Source: a virus (taxonomy: Duplodnaviria > Caudoviricetes). From it: a stretch of DNA of 44,573 bases. Positions 8,263 to 20,100 of the stretch are shown piece after piece. The stretch is taken from the IMG/VR virus record IMGVR_UViG_3300010293_000008, positions 1 to 44,573 of that record. The stretch is one strand, 5' to 3'. Every line of letters starts with the position of its first letter. Positions within the stretch are counted from its first letter, which is position 1. A model generated the notes under the pieces. It made no database searches and was not told the DNA's origin. It was given only the letters and a program-made list of their open reading frames with translations. The position numbers were made by a program, and so were the translations under genes.

Positions 8263-10973
8263 ATACAACTAAATACAAACTGACAACGTTCAAGAACAGA
8301 TTCCAAACAGAAGGAACGTTAATCGAGAAAACGTTCGAGGAATTGTATCTTGCTTTCACCAACAAAGTCAAGCGCACGAGAGAAAAATACACCGAATACA
8401 TGCGTGCTGACAAAGCAACGCAGTTGACCATCAAAGACGTCGGCGGATTCATTGGCGGACAGACCGAGGGCGGTCGACGTGTGAATGGAATCAAGGTCAC
8501 GCGTCAGTTACTGACACTTGACATCGACACAAAATGGCCCAACGTGTTCGCGTATCTCGAACGCAATGTGCATTTTTACTGCATGGTTCATTCCACACAC
8601 AAGCACAACCCACAAGAAAATCGTTTTCGGCTCATAGCACCACTTTCTCGCGAAGTCAACGAGGACGAGTATGAAGCGCTTGGTCGTAGAATTGCCTATC
8701 AAATCGAAAATACGCCTTATGAAATACTTCAAGGGTTATTCGACGAAACGACATTCCAAGCCCATCGGTTAATGTTTTTTCCGTCAGTTTCTGCAGACGG
8801 TGAATACATTTGCGAACTTCTGAATCTTGATATGACGGCCGACGTGCAAGCAATCATCGACGTCGACAAAGAACTTGACATGTACCTTGATAGAAATGAC
8901 ATTTTTGAATGGTATAAACCGGAAAGGGTCAACGATGATCAGATTGGCAAGACGTCGCTTGAAAACAAAAACCCACTAAAAGCCAGCGGAATGGTTGGCG
9001 CATTCAACAGAACATATACCATTTCGCAAGCGATCGACATTTATCTATCGGACGTTTACAAGCAAGAACGTAACGGTCGATACACTTTTCTTGGTGGCGA
9101 AAGTCACGGCGGCGGAATGACGCTAAATAACGACACATTGTTCTATTCACACCACGGAACCGATCCGGCAAACTTGTATTATCGGAGTGCGTTTGACCTC
9201 GTTCGGATTCATAAGTTCGGAAAGTTCGACATTGGGTTTACGCCAGAGAAAATCATCGAAAAGGGAATCATAGAAAAAACCGAAAGTTTCACAAAAATGG
9301 TCGAATTCTGCAGAACGATCCCCGAGGTTGTAGCGAACAGCGATACCAACGTAGCACTTGTACGAAGACTTGAACAACAACAAGAATACGTTAAAGAGAA
9401 CTTTGAAAAGAAGGAAGAAGAAACAAAAAAAGATGATTCGACAGACGAGATTGCAGACGAATTCCGCGACGTTCAAGCCGAACTTGAAGCGGAACTTGAA
9501 CAAATGGAATCGGATGCCAAGGCGGACGCCGAAGTTAAAGAATCAATGGAAATCGCTGTAGAGGCTTCAAAGGTCGAAAAGGAAGAACCAAAGAAAGAAA
9601 ACAGCAAAGCGTGGCTCATGCGACTTGACGGTCTAAAAAGCAATTTGGCCAAACTTGACTTGATCCTTACAAATGACGAGCAAATTGGTAAACTGTTTTA
9701 CTATGACACGTTCCGCGAAAACATCTGCTTTTTGAGAAAACCTTATTGGCATCCGAAATGGGTTGAAGGTGCAGCGCTTCAAGATAAAGACATGGCTCAC
9801 ATTCGCGTCTATCTTGATAAAGTTTACAGCATACATGGCGAAAAACAAATCGATGATGCCGTCATTGTCGAGGCCGATAAGATTCAAAAGAACCGAATCC
9901 TCGAACACTTCGAATCGCTTGTGTGGGATGGCAAGAAACGGATTGAAACGTGTATGAACGAATGGTTCAAAGTTCCCCTCAATCCATTCACGCGTGCCGC
10001 ACTGAAGCACTGGCTCGTTGGCGCCGTTTCTCGCATTTACGAAGCCGGCGCGCCGATGGACTTATTGCTTGTTATCAAAGGCGAGCAAGGAATCGGAAAA
10101 TCGCTTTTCTTGAAAAAGTTAGCGACTATCGACTTCAAAAAAGCCGGTGATCACCTTTACTCTGACACGAAGATCGACTTCGACAAAGCCAAAGATAGTT
10201 ACGAACAACTCGAAGGAATCTGGATCTACGAATGGAAAGAACTCGCCGGAATGAACATGTCAGAGCAAGAAAGTATCAAAGCGTTCGTCGACAAGACCGA
10301 AGACAAGTTCCGCCGTTCATACGGCCGTAGAAACGTCGAAATTAAGCGCCGTGTTGCGTTCGCCGGTACAACCAATGATAAAACACCACTGCGTGACCGA
10401 AGCGGAAATAGACGGTTCCTTGTCATGGAAAGTCCGCTTGCGTATCGCGAGTGTTACGTCAACGACGCAACGAAGTTCACACAAGAATATCGTGACCAAC
10501 TTATTGCGGAAGCGATCCACTACTACAAGGAAGGATTCAATATCTTCGAATGGTCGCAAGACGAGAGTCTGTGGTGGGATAAAGCAAACGAGGACAACCT
10601 TGTAGAAAACGACATGACCGGTTCGATTCAAGCGTATATTTCTATGAACAGACCGAAACAGTGGTATTCGATGTCGGTTGACGAGATGATCTCATACGTA
10701 AAGGCATACGACTTCCAAAATGGTCGTTCATTACATCCACACTTTTCGTCCTATGAAATGGAAAGACCGTCACGCGTTTGTACCATGGAAATATGGAAAG
10801 TGGCACTTGGTCAACGCGATGTGAATATCAATCGATTCCATCGCGAACTCATTCTTCAGTCTTTCGAATCGCTCGGATGGGAACACGGTAAGGTCCAAAA
10901 ACGTTTCGGAATGTTTGGACACCAACTTCCTTTCGAGCCGAAAGGCGGTGATCCGAATGAGTTGCCATTCTAA
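8259..10973 (+). CDS. primase-helicase (AEP-like N-terminus plus VirE/VapE P-loop ATPase)
   Basis: LDID, HSTHKH and RFRLIAPL primase motifs. Walker A GEQGIGKS, FRRSYGR, GTTN, DRSGNRRF. Confidence 0.9.
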   Translation: MNTTKYKLTTFKNRFQTEGTLIEKTFEELYLAFTNKVKRTREKYTEYMRADKATQLTIKDVGGFIGGQTEGGRRVNGIKVTRQLLTLDIDTKWPNVFAYLERNVHFYCMVHSTHKHNPQENRFRLIAPLSREVNEDEYEALGRRIAYQIENTPYEILQGLFDETTFQAHRLMFFPSVSADGEYICELLNLDMTADVQAIIDVDKELDMYLDRNDIFEWYKPERVNDDQIGKTSLENKNPLKASGMVGAFNRTYTISQAIDIYLSDVYKQERNGRYTFLGGESHGGGMTLNNDTLFYSHHGTDPANLYYRSAFDLVRIHKFGKFDIGFTPEKIIEKGIIEKTESFTKMVEFCRTIPEVVANSDTNVALVRRLEQQQEYVKENFEKKEEETKKDDSTDEIADEFRDVQAELEAELEQMESDAKADAEVKESMEIAVEASKVEKEEPKKENSKAWLMRLDGLKSNLAKLDLILTNDEQIGKLFYYDTFRENICFLRKPYWHPKWVEGAALQDKDMAHIRVYLDKVYSIHGEKQIDDAVIVEADKIQKNRILEHFESLVWDGKKRIETCMNEWFKVPLNPFTRAALKHWLVGAVSRIYEAGAPMDLLLVIKGEQGIGKSLFLKKLATIDFKKAGDHLYSDTKIDFDKAKDSYEQLEGIWIYEWKELAGMNMSEQESIKAFVDKTEDKFRRSYGRRNVEIKRRVAFAGTTNDKTPLRDRSGNRRFLVMESPLAYRECYVNDATKFTQEYRDQLIAEAIHYYKEGFNIFEWSQDESLWWDKANEDNLVENDMTGSIQAYISMNRPKQWYSMSVDEMISYVKAYDFQNGRSLHPHFSSYEMERPSRVCTMEIWKVALGQRDVNINRFHRELILQSFESLGWEHGKVQKRFGMFGHQLPFEPKGGDPNELPF

Positions 10974-11370
10974 ACCTTTTGATCAGATACAACCATTCGA
11001 TTTGTTCTATGGATTGAAATACAACGAGTTTGGAAACAAAATGCCACACTATTACGTTTGCATCTACACGCAAAAAGAAGATAAGAACAATAGCCTTGTA
11101 AGCGACATATACGGACTTCTTGTCACGACGAACCCCAAATATCAGAGTATACCAAACGATTACTTCGTCAGCGCGCAGATTTATGGAAAAAAGGCATTCA
11201 TTTGTTGTGACAAGATGGAACGTTTTGTTTTGACAGATGAAATTGAAATCAAAGGTATTAAACTTCCGCAAATGGTAATCGATTCTATTCTTTACAGATT
11301 CAAAAAGTTCACAAACGAAGTATACCGACAAATGGAAAACGGAGGAAATAAAGATGGTAACAATTATTAA
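10957..11370 (+). CDS. PemK/MazF-fold-like protein
   Basis: Pattern FDLFY..K.PHYYVCI..N..LLVTT..KKAFICCDKMERF..I.IKGIKL...IDSI follows PemK/MazF topology. ATG 10957 after AAAGGCGGTG. Confidence 0.5.
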   Translation: MSCHSKPFDQIQPFDLFYGLKYNEFGNKMPHYYVCIYTQKEDKNNSLVSDIYGLLVTTNPKYQSIPNDYFVSAQIYGKKAFICCDKMERFVLTDEIEIKGIKLPQMVIDSILYRFKKFTNEVYRQMENGGNKDGNNY

Positions 11371-11971
11371 AAAATCAAAGCGAAGCATTCGCGCAAACAA
11401 AGTCGTACTTTCCGCTTCAGACGCTAAAAAGTTCTTGTTTCAACTGGAGGACAAGGACTTGAACATCGACGACTATATAGTGTTCAGTGCGGACACGCAA
11501 GACGAATATATTGACGTCGTTGGCTTTTTCTCGCCATCATTTCTTCCGACACAAGCATACGAAGGATTTGACGCTCATGTCGTTCAAAAGGATATTGCCA
11601 AGGATCGTCGAATGCGTCAAACAGGCGCAACCATCACGGCAATCGAAAACTTCAAAGTAAAGATTCAGAAATTGCTCATGAAAATGACTGATTTTTACGA
11701 CGACTTCACGATTCAACTGAGCGTTACAACGGAGTATAACATCGACTCGTTCGTAATAACTATCATTTTTCCTTTTTCGGAAGCGAAAATGCGGTTCACT
11801 TACGCGTATGACTTGCAGATGCTCGACGCTTCGATTGTTCCGATGAATGTCGAAAAAGATATTCCGGCGTTAGTTCTTGCAAACATTACCAAAAAGGTAA
11901 ATGCTCTTTTCAACAAGCAAAGATATTACTACAAGAAAAAGGTCGAAAACAATGCCAAGACCGAAAATTGA
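11354..11971 (+). CDS. hypothetical protein
   Basis: GGAGG RBS. Overlaps both neighbours. Confidence 0.8.
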   Translation: MVTIIKKSKRSIRANKVVLSASDAKKFLFQLEDKDLNIDDYIVFSADTQDEYIDVVGFFSPSFLPTQAYEGFDAHVVQKDIAKDRRMRQTGATITAIENFKVKIQKLLMKMTDFYDDFTIQLSVTTEYNIDSFVITIIFPFSEAKMRFTYAYDLQMLDASIVPMNVEKDIPALVLANITKKVNALFNKQRYYYKKKVENNAKTEN

Positions 11972-12245
11972 AAACGACGTTGAAAAAATGCTCGTCGACG
12001 CATGCGCGATTAGGGGGATTCGGTGTATTAAAGGCAAGACCGCAATCGGAACCGGATTCCCCGACCGAATCGTGTTTCATCGATTCAGAAAGAAAATCTA
12101 TTATATCGAAGTGAAAAATCAAAATTATGAACAGCAACTGGACCAAAAGGAATGGGAAAAACACATTCGCGAAAGTGGTGGTGAATTCTTCTTAATCGAC
12201 GGTCCGGTCGAAATGAAGCGGTTCATCAAGGGTTTTATCGAATGA
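11952..12245 (+). CDS. VRR-NUC domain nuclease
   Basis: E..VE, GFPDRI, YIEVK, Q..W motifs. Confidence 0.85.
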   Translation: MPRPKIENDVEKMLVDACAIRGIRCIKGKTAIGTGFPDRIVFHRFRKKIYYIEVKNQNYEQQLDQKEWEKHIRESGGEFFLIDGPVEMKRFIKGFIE

Positions 12246-13276
12246 GCGATAGATACGGAATTGTCTACCTTGGTAGCAAAGAAAAGATTCTTGACCTTAT
12301 CAAATACATATTCGAACGCGAATACAAGCAGAAAAACTTCATTGACCTTTTCTGCGGCGGTCTTTCCGTTTCAAGTTTCGCGTTACAGAAAACAAAGTTT
12401 AACGTGTATGCGAATGACTTGAACCATTTTGTCATCGCGCTTTACAAGGAACTTCTGAATGGCGGACACGAGTTCAAAGAAGTTCAGTACGACTGGATCA
12501 GCCGCGAACAATTTAACAACGTTCGCGACTTTCCGGAAATGTTTCCGGATTGGTATGTCGGTTACGTCTTGAACGTTTGGTCGTTCGGGTGTAATCAAAA
12601 GGACTACCTCTACGCAAAAGACATCGAGTATCACAAGATGGCGCTCCACGAGGCTATCGTCAACAACGACTTCAAGCACATGAACGGGTGCGTTGAATTC
12701 GACGGATTCATTCCAAATGAACGCGTGACGCAAATGAATTATAGAATCAATCCAAGGAAGCGCATTGACTTTATGGCCCACTTCAAGCAACTGAAGAACA
12801 CGGTTGCCACCGAGGCAAGAGCGCAACACCTTGAACGTTTGGAGCAACTTGAAAGCCTTTCGCAAATGGAACACCTTTCGGCAATCAAGAAGAATTCATC
12901 GTACAAGAGTCGCTTGACGTTAAGCGCTCTGGATTGGGAAGAATGCTACAACGGAATACCGACTGACGTGTTGGAACAATCGTTCATTTACTGCGACCCA
13001 CCTTATCAAGACGCGAAAAAGTATCTCATGGGCGGCAACTTTGATTACGATCGGTTTTGGCAATGGTTTCGTGATTGTCCATATTCCGTGTACGTATCGT
13101 CCTACAAGGCGCCGGAAGACATCAAGCCACTTAACTTCGGTCTGAAAGCCCAACTGCTTGACAACGGCAAGCGCGGCGACAACAAGCCAAAGAAAGTGGT
13201 GCAAGAAAACATCTATTGGAACGGCAAAGGAACCGCCGAACCGATGATGATCGATATCCTATTTGGAGGGGAATGA
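12242..13276 (+). CDS. Dam-like (D12 class, alpha) DNA adenine methyltransferase
   Basis: YLGSK, FIDLFCGGLSV, YANDLN, IYCDPPY. Confidence 0.9.
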   Translation: MSDRYGIVYLGSKEKILDLIKYIFEREYKQKNFIDLFCGGLSVSSFALQKTKFNVYANDLNHFVIALYKELLNGGHEFKEVQYDWISREQFNNVRDFPEMFPDWYVGYVLNVWSFGCNQKDYLYAKDIEYHKMALHEAIVNNDFKHMNGCVEFDGFIPNERVTQMNYRINPRKRIDFMAHFKQLKNTVATEARAQHLERLEQLESLSQMEHLSAIKKNSSYKSRLTLSALDWEECYNGIPTDVLEQSFIYCDPPYQDAKKYLMGGNFDYDRFWQWFRDCPYSVYVSSYKAPEDIKPLNFGLKAQLLDNGKRGDNKPKKVVQENIYWNGKGTAEPMMIDILFGGE

Positions 13277-13620
13277 AAATGACATTTGAAAAGTACATCG
13301 AAACACCGTATGCGACGTTGTTCTCAACGGAAAACTTGTTAGGGAAAGATAAGGATTTCTACGATAAGTTCAATAAAAAAGCAGAAGAAATTGTAGTGAG
13401 AAAAAGACTCGACGGATTTATCGTCAGATTTCTTTACGAATCCGATTGCAACGGATCCGCCTCGCCGACCGCATGTAAGAAAATTGCCGAATTGATCAAG
13501 AAGTCCGGAGAAACGTTCGCACTTTCCTATGCGGCACACGTTGGCCCAAATGAAACGGAGAATATCATCAAGTTCCTCGAAGAATGTCACGCCAAAAAGT
13601 CAAGAATGGAATGGAGTTGA
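13273..13620 (+). CDS. hypothetical protein
   Basis: GGAGGGG RBS and ATGA overlap. Confidence 0.75.
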   Translation: MKMTFEKYIETPYATLFSTENLLGKDKDFYDKFNKKAEEIVVRKRLDGFIVRFLYESDCNGSASPTACKKIAELIKKSGETFALSYAAHVGPNETENIIKFLEECHAKKSRMEWS

Positions 13621-13625
13621 TCGCG

Positions 13626-14162
13626 ATGACAAAAACAGATCGCTATTATCAGCAACTTCAGATTCTGTGTCTTGAACTTTTGATTGTCTTCATGTGGATA
13701 CGTTCGAATGCTTGGATGACCATTTTGTTTTTACCAACAATATGTGCCCATGTCATTACGGAAGTAAAATATCGGAAGTACAATCACATGTTCGGCCCAG
13801 AAAAACAGAAGGCACATGTTGAACGTCTTTGTTCGCTTTTGGAGAGAGGGTACAAAGTCGACAACTACGAACAGAAGCCGGATATATGGGCGCGCATCGA
13901 GATCGACAACAGACTTGCGTTCGAGTTCGACTATTTTGGAAAAACACTTACGTTCCTCATGGTGGATGGATATTACAACTTTCATCGCGACGGAGAAAAG
14001 TTCTTGAAAGCCGAGAAAGAACTTGGATGGTTGCTTGACAACGGATTCATCACGAAGGCAACGTACAAGCGCGTGTTCAAACACGTAGACGAATTCCTAT
14101 CCATGATGGAAATATGTCACTGGGAAGAGTTTGGATTATTGGCACAAAGAAAAGTGGACTGA
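13626..14162 (+). CDS. hypothetical protein with N-terminal hydrophobic segments
   Basis: ILCLELLIVFMWI and WMTILFLPTICAHVI. Start uncertain (13584, 13611 or 13626). Confidence 0.65.
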   Translation: MTKTDRYYQQLQILCLELLIVFMWIRSNAWMTILFLPTICAHVITEVKYRKYNHMFGPEKQKAHVERLCSLLERGYKVDNYEQKPDIWARIEIDNRLAFEFDYFGKTLTFLMVDGYYNFHRDGEKFLKAEKELGWLLDNGFITKATYKRVFKHVDEFLSMMEICHWEEFGLLAQRKVD

Positions 14163-14176
14163 CGTCCACTTTTTTT
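14150..14176. terminator. bidirectional intrinsic terminator where the two arms converge
   Basis: AAAAGTGGAC-TGAC-GTCCACTTTTTTT between the convergent stop codons. Confidence 0.85.
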
Positions 14177-17100
14177 ATTCGGCGTATCTTAATGCTTGAG
14201 CCACCACGTCGGATTCGTACTTTGGTTCTTTTGTAAGATACTCCATGTTTGCGTTAAGTTGCTTCCTCATATCGTTGTTGCCGCGCGAAGCATAATATGC
14301 GACAGACTTGAGTTTCATGAAATTGTAGTAATAATTGATCACGCGTTGGACGGCCTTTAAGCGTTCTTTCGGCACGAGGTTCCGGTATTCGCCGGACGTG
14401 ACCAAACGTGCAAGGGCGCGCTGCGATTGGGCATTGTATCGGTTATAAACGCTGTCTTTGATTTTGTAGTCGACGTATTCGCCGTCTTTGTTTTTCATCC
14501 GGAAGTTCTTGTCAACACGCATGCTTAACGACGCGTCCGGAACGTTCGTGAGCAGATTGACAAGTTCTCGCTTCACGGAATTGTTCGAGAAATACTCGTT
14601 CGCATAATACGCGATTTCTTTTTCGTTTCCGCGTTTGATCGCTGCGCTTAATCCTTGCTGTACCTTTTGTGACTTGAAGAAATTATTCGATTCAACGAAG
14701 AAGTCAACGCCTTGCTTACTGAGAATGAACGAAAGCGTCGACGCCATTCTGACTGCGTTTTTGATCGGTGCGCCGATGATCATTCCGGCACTCTCGATGA
14801 TGCGAAGAACTTTTCTGCCGATATTCTCGCCGGTGTACATGGTAGACAACGTTGACGCAATAGTTTCCAGTTCTTTCGAACCGGCAATTACCGGCAAGAA
14901 CCCAGTAGAACGAATTCCGGTTTCCTTGTCGAATTCAATCATGTTAGTAAAGGCATTCACGATCGGGATCGCGCCGACAATGTTACCCCACAAGAACTCG
15001 TTGACCGTGAGGTCGAACAAGTCAATTCTTTCTTCGTTTCCACGAATGATTTGGAAAACACCATTGACAAGCGCCGTGAACAGTCCGGAAAACAGAAACG
15101 CAAGGAAATCGCGACGACCGTAATACTTTGCCCGTTTGGCACCATTCTTCGCCATTGTTCGATTTCGAATGAGCGCACTTACTTGAAGAACGTTTTCAGA
15201 TTGGAACTTGGTAAGCATCTTCATCGCGTATTCACGGGCATTCAAGATATGGGCGCGGAACGCTGCGTCGGTATTTGCGACACCGTATAGAAGAACTTCT
15301 TTGAACAATTCGTTTGCTTTCTGGAACACTTCTGTTTCGGTCATCGGAACAGTTGCTGTTCTTTCAACTTCTTGACAGATACTCATGAACGCGCCGACGA
15401 GAACGGCATTATCGAACCAACCGACCGACGCCGAAAGTTTCCTTGTCAGTTTAATAATTGCTTCTTCTGAACCTTTTAATACGCTGGCCGGAATGGCATC
15501 AACTAAGTTCGGAATGTTCCCCGATTTTGCGCGGTGATAGAAGTTCTCGTTGTTTTCCATCAACCATTCTCGGTATTTATTGTTTGTTGCCAAGGCGATG
15601 GCGACGTTCTTCATCATATCGCCAAAGTTTACATTGTTTTTCAGCGCAATCGTCGATACGGACGCCAACTGTTTTATCGTCGACGGGATATTCAAGGCCA
15701 TCGTAGCGGCAACCGTGTTTCGAAGCACCTTGCGGAACGTCTTGCTTACTTTCGACTCGTTCAAGTCACTGAATTGAAGAACGTTCATGAACATGCGCTC
15801 GATCATGTCGGCGATGTTGTTCTCAACACCAAATATACTGTTGCTTCCGCTCAATATGCCGGTTCCAAATGTCAACCCACCGGAACTGTTCACGAGTAGA
15901 TTTTGCCAGTCTGAAATAACACGTTCGAAACTGTAGTTTGCCGACATTCTTGTTGCGTTTTCAACAACACCGAATATGTTTTCAATCCGGAGCGCTCCGG
16001 TCGCACCAAGTGTCGTAGCGGTCGCCAACGAGTTTGGAGCGCCAACATTGCTTCGATTAACCACTTTCAGTTCAAGTTCGCGGTCGTAACTACCGTTAAT
16101 GGTAGAAAATGGAATGTATGTGCTTTGACGCGGCAAGTCCTCTTGATACTTTGCCGAAAAAATCGTATTTGCATGCACGTAGTTTACATCGAATCTGGCC
16201 CGCGCAAAGTCAATGATTTCAAGATCTTCTGCTTCAAGAAGTGTGGAAAGATAGTCCAAAACTTTTTGTCTATCTTCGGCGAACAAAGTAAAATGTTTTG
16301 CGTTTTTCTTGGCGTAATCGTATCCCTTATTGCGCATATCTTCGTCACTGAAGACGTGGAATTGATTGCCGAAAGAAAAGTGTTCTGTCGGCTGGATATT
16401 GTATCCGGTTCCGTTCGCAACCATTTTGTGCATTTCAATTTCGCGTGCGATCGAAAGGTACAAGGAAATAATCTCACCACGCGACATGCTCTGGTCTGCT
16501 TTTCCGGATGCCGCATACTTGATGAGTGCGTCTTGAATTTCTTTCGTTTTATTGAATCCTTTTAACTTGTCAGAAGCCGCACGCTTTTGCTGACGAAGCA
16601 TACTGCGTTCGTTCAAAAGCGGTTTCACTTGGGCTTGAAGCAACTTGATCATGTTCTCAATAATGCGATATTGCGGATCGCTTTGCGGAAGTTTTGCGAG
16701 TTCATTTCGACGCTTCTGAATTTCGCCGTAAAGTACAGAAAGTTGCCGCTTCAGTTCGTTCAAACGTGGATCGTTCGCTTTTTTATCGTTTCTGAGTTTT
16801 TCTTGTTCGTCATTGATATTTTTTACAAGCAACGAATAAGCGACTTCGTTAATTTGAATGGCGACATTATAGGCAATATCGATCCGCTCAAGTGACCTTT
16901 TTTGGTAATCGGTATCGCTTTTCAGAAACTGCTCGTATGCCTTCTCAAAGTTCATCATCAAGTTTCCGCGCATTTCTGCCGCTTTTCGATACTCGCGGAA
17001 GAAATCGTCAAAGAACGACATCTTTGCATTTTTGCCTTTGCCAAAAACCTCGATATAAGCGAGGAAGAAATCTTGTGGATTGACGGCCTTGAACAGTTTT

Positions 17101-20100
17101 CCCATGAAATTTCCGTCGAACTTTTCGCCGCTTCCAAGAATCGCGACGCCTTGTTTGTTGGTCATTTCAGCGTATTCGTCAAGCGTCATGTTGTCATTGA
17201 ATGTGCTCGTGTATTTCTTCTCAAACGCTATGATAATACGCGACAATGCACTCGCAAGCGTCTTTTCATTGAAAAGCAATTTGACATACTGAAGTTCCGG
17301 TCTTGCTTTTCCAAACGGCGTCAACAAGATACCTCGGTCTTCAAAAAGCGCAGCGAATTGGGAGTATATGGTTACGAAGTCAGATTCAACCTTATCTTTT
17401 ACATCGTCTGGAAGTTTTTTTGATAAAGTAACTACTTGTCTGATTTCGTCGACAATTCGAACGACTTGATCCGCAATTCGCGTTTTTGTTCCGCCGATTA
17501 CCGACACTTTCGCACTAAACGGATTGTTCTCAATCGTTTTAGCGAGTTGTTCGATAAGTTCGTAAACATGAAGCATATCTTGATTCATTGGCGCTTGGGA
17601 GGCGCGGTTTGACTGCGACTTTCCACCACGGGAATTTACCGCAACACGGCTGACCGCATTTGAAACGCGTGTCCGAATAGTCAAGACGAGGTTTTTAATC
17701 ATTGTTTCGCGTGCTTTTTTCTGAACTTGAAGCAACTTGAAATTAAGATTCCCGCCTTTGCTGAGATCTTTTTTAATCTCGTTTAGAACATCATTTTTCT
17801 TTTTGAAATCGATCATAAGCGTCGTCAAAAGTGCAAGATTGTTCGTCATTGCATAATGAGCAGCGTTGTTTACAAGACCCCTATTATAGAGGTCGTGTGC
17901 AATGTAAATGTCTGTTTGAAGTTGGAAATACGCGTCCATTTGTGGTTGCGTCATGTTTGCTGTATCTTGCGTGTAAATGTCAATGATTCTGTCAAGTTCG
18001 GCAATGATGGAAGAAACGTCATTTACCATCGAATTGTACTTCGGCATTCCAAACAACGTGATAACGTCGGAGTTAATATCGGCATAAACGTCGATAAATT
18101 CCGAGAACATTTCACGAAGGTCTTCATAGAAATCAATGGAAACAATAGCGGTACCCGCGACGATCTCGTTGTGTAAAGTTTTGTGCATACTGAGCATATC
18201 TTGATAAAGATCGAACATGGTGCCTTTGTACTTGAATGTTCCAAAATCAAACACACGTCGTTCGTAAAGAATCAGCGCTTGGTCCGGATGTTCAATCAGT
18301 AAAAGCATGCCGCGTTTGAACGTTTCGAATTCTTCTTGAATGTTCTTGTATAAAGCCGCTGCGCTTTGAACGGTCTTCGAAAGCAACGAGGACACATAGA
18401 TGATATTATCGATCGCGATCGTCGCCGGACCACGCTTTTTATTCGACTGTTCCTTTTGATATTCGTTCAGCAACTGACCGCGGGTGGTGAATTGACCGTC
18501 CGTAAATTCGTTCAAGAAGTCATTCAATTCCTTGAGTGTATATTTTTCCTTGGACGGGAATTTTTTCTTCAAGATTTCCATGTGTTTCTTCATGATATCC
18601 GAATAGATTGTTTTTGCTTTTTCAATCAAACGGCGGGTGGTTGCATCTGTTTTTCCAGAATGAATGATTTGTTCGAATATCTCGTAGTAGGAAAAGAACG
18701 TCGACGAACTGCCATGCAACGTTTTTTCGAACACATCTTTCGACGACATCAACTTACCAACCATCTGCGCCATGACTTCGTTCATGTAGTCGTTAAGTTC
18801 TTGATCCGTATGGTTTGTTGAAACTTGTTTCATTGCTTGATACAACTTTTCAAGCGTGTTGATTTTAGAAAAGTTCTTGTTAACACTACCGTATCCGGCT
18901 TTGAGATATTCCAAAAAGTTATTATAACGATTTCGTCCGCTATAGAGATTATCAAAAGCGCTATACACCGCGGTCGGAACTATTTTACCTTGCGCATCCT
19001 TTTCGAACAAAACGTCAGCAAGATTTCCGGCCATGTAGAGAATCATGTTTGGACTTGTTTTGAACGCCTCGTGGAATGTTTCATGAATTGCCACTTCGAC
19101 CATTCTCTGAATTTCAATTCCATTGTGGAAGTAAGACATGTCAATAAATACAACCGGCGTTTCGTTTCCGCCAAAGAAAGGCGGATTCGGGAGCGAAATG
19201 GAATATCCAATCGCATCGGAAGCCTTTTTGCTCTTGTAAAGAATGAACGATATATCAGAAGTAGAAAGAACGTCAAAGAACAAACGTTCATTTGGCGTCA
19301 TTTCCGAAAGTAACATCGGACGTTCGTACTCGTGAAATCCATGAAAATTATTAATCGTTGTATCAACAACGTCGACTGCCGTGTGAACCGCGTAGTCTTT
19401 CGAAGAGTAAACTTTGATTCCGGACGATTGGGTAAGAACCTTTACTTGATCGCGGACCTTGTTCGAATTGACGACACGTTCGTTCTTGAGAACAAGATTG
19501 CCTTTGCTATCCAACTTGAAAAAATCCTTTGCGAATTCAAGGTTTCCTTCGCCGAGAACACCTTTCACAAGTTTCTCGTCTTTTGCAGACAAGTCATACG
19601 TTTTCGCTACGCGCTTAACGGTGATATCACGGCTTCCGTATTCCATGTACATGCTTCCGGAACCGGTGCTGATCCGTCGCTGCGCGACTTGCTGCGTTTC
19701 TTCTCGCGTTGCTTCTTGATTAAACAAAAACACATCAGCCCTAAAACCGGCCTTGTAAAAAGCCATCGCTGAAGAAACACTGGAAACTTGCGCACTTATA
19801 GAGCCTTTCGTAACCAACTTTACGGCCTCAATAAGCGCGGTTCCGATCCCGTGCTTTCTTGCTTTTTCATTCACATACAACTCAGTAATCGAATTGTCAG
19901 CCGGCGTATACGGGCTGTTTATCCACACCTCAACAACTCCGTTGTCTGTTTCGATTCGAATGCTTTCAATCTTGTTGTCGTCAATTTCTCTTGTTTCGAA
20001 TTTGACGCCAGTAATGTATTCGCCGACTTTTCGAAGGCCCTTTTCGATAACCTTTACAATCTTTTGTTCTTTTAGAGCGATTTCCAAAAGATAGTTAGAG

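Noticed and set aside
19170-19200. NPPF in the giant protein as an MTase catalytic motif
   Set aside because: It lies in the strand region before the second HExxH peptidase motif with no SAM-binding motif nearby, so it is probably coincidental.
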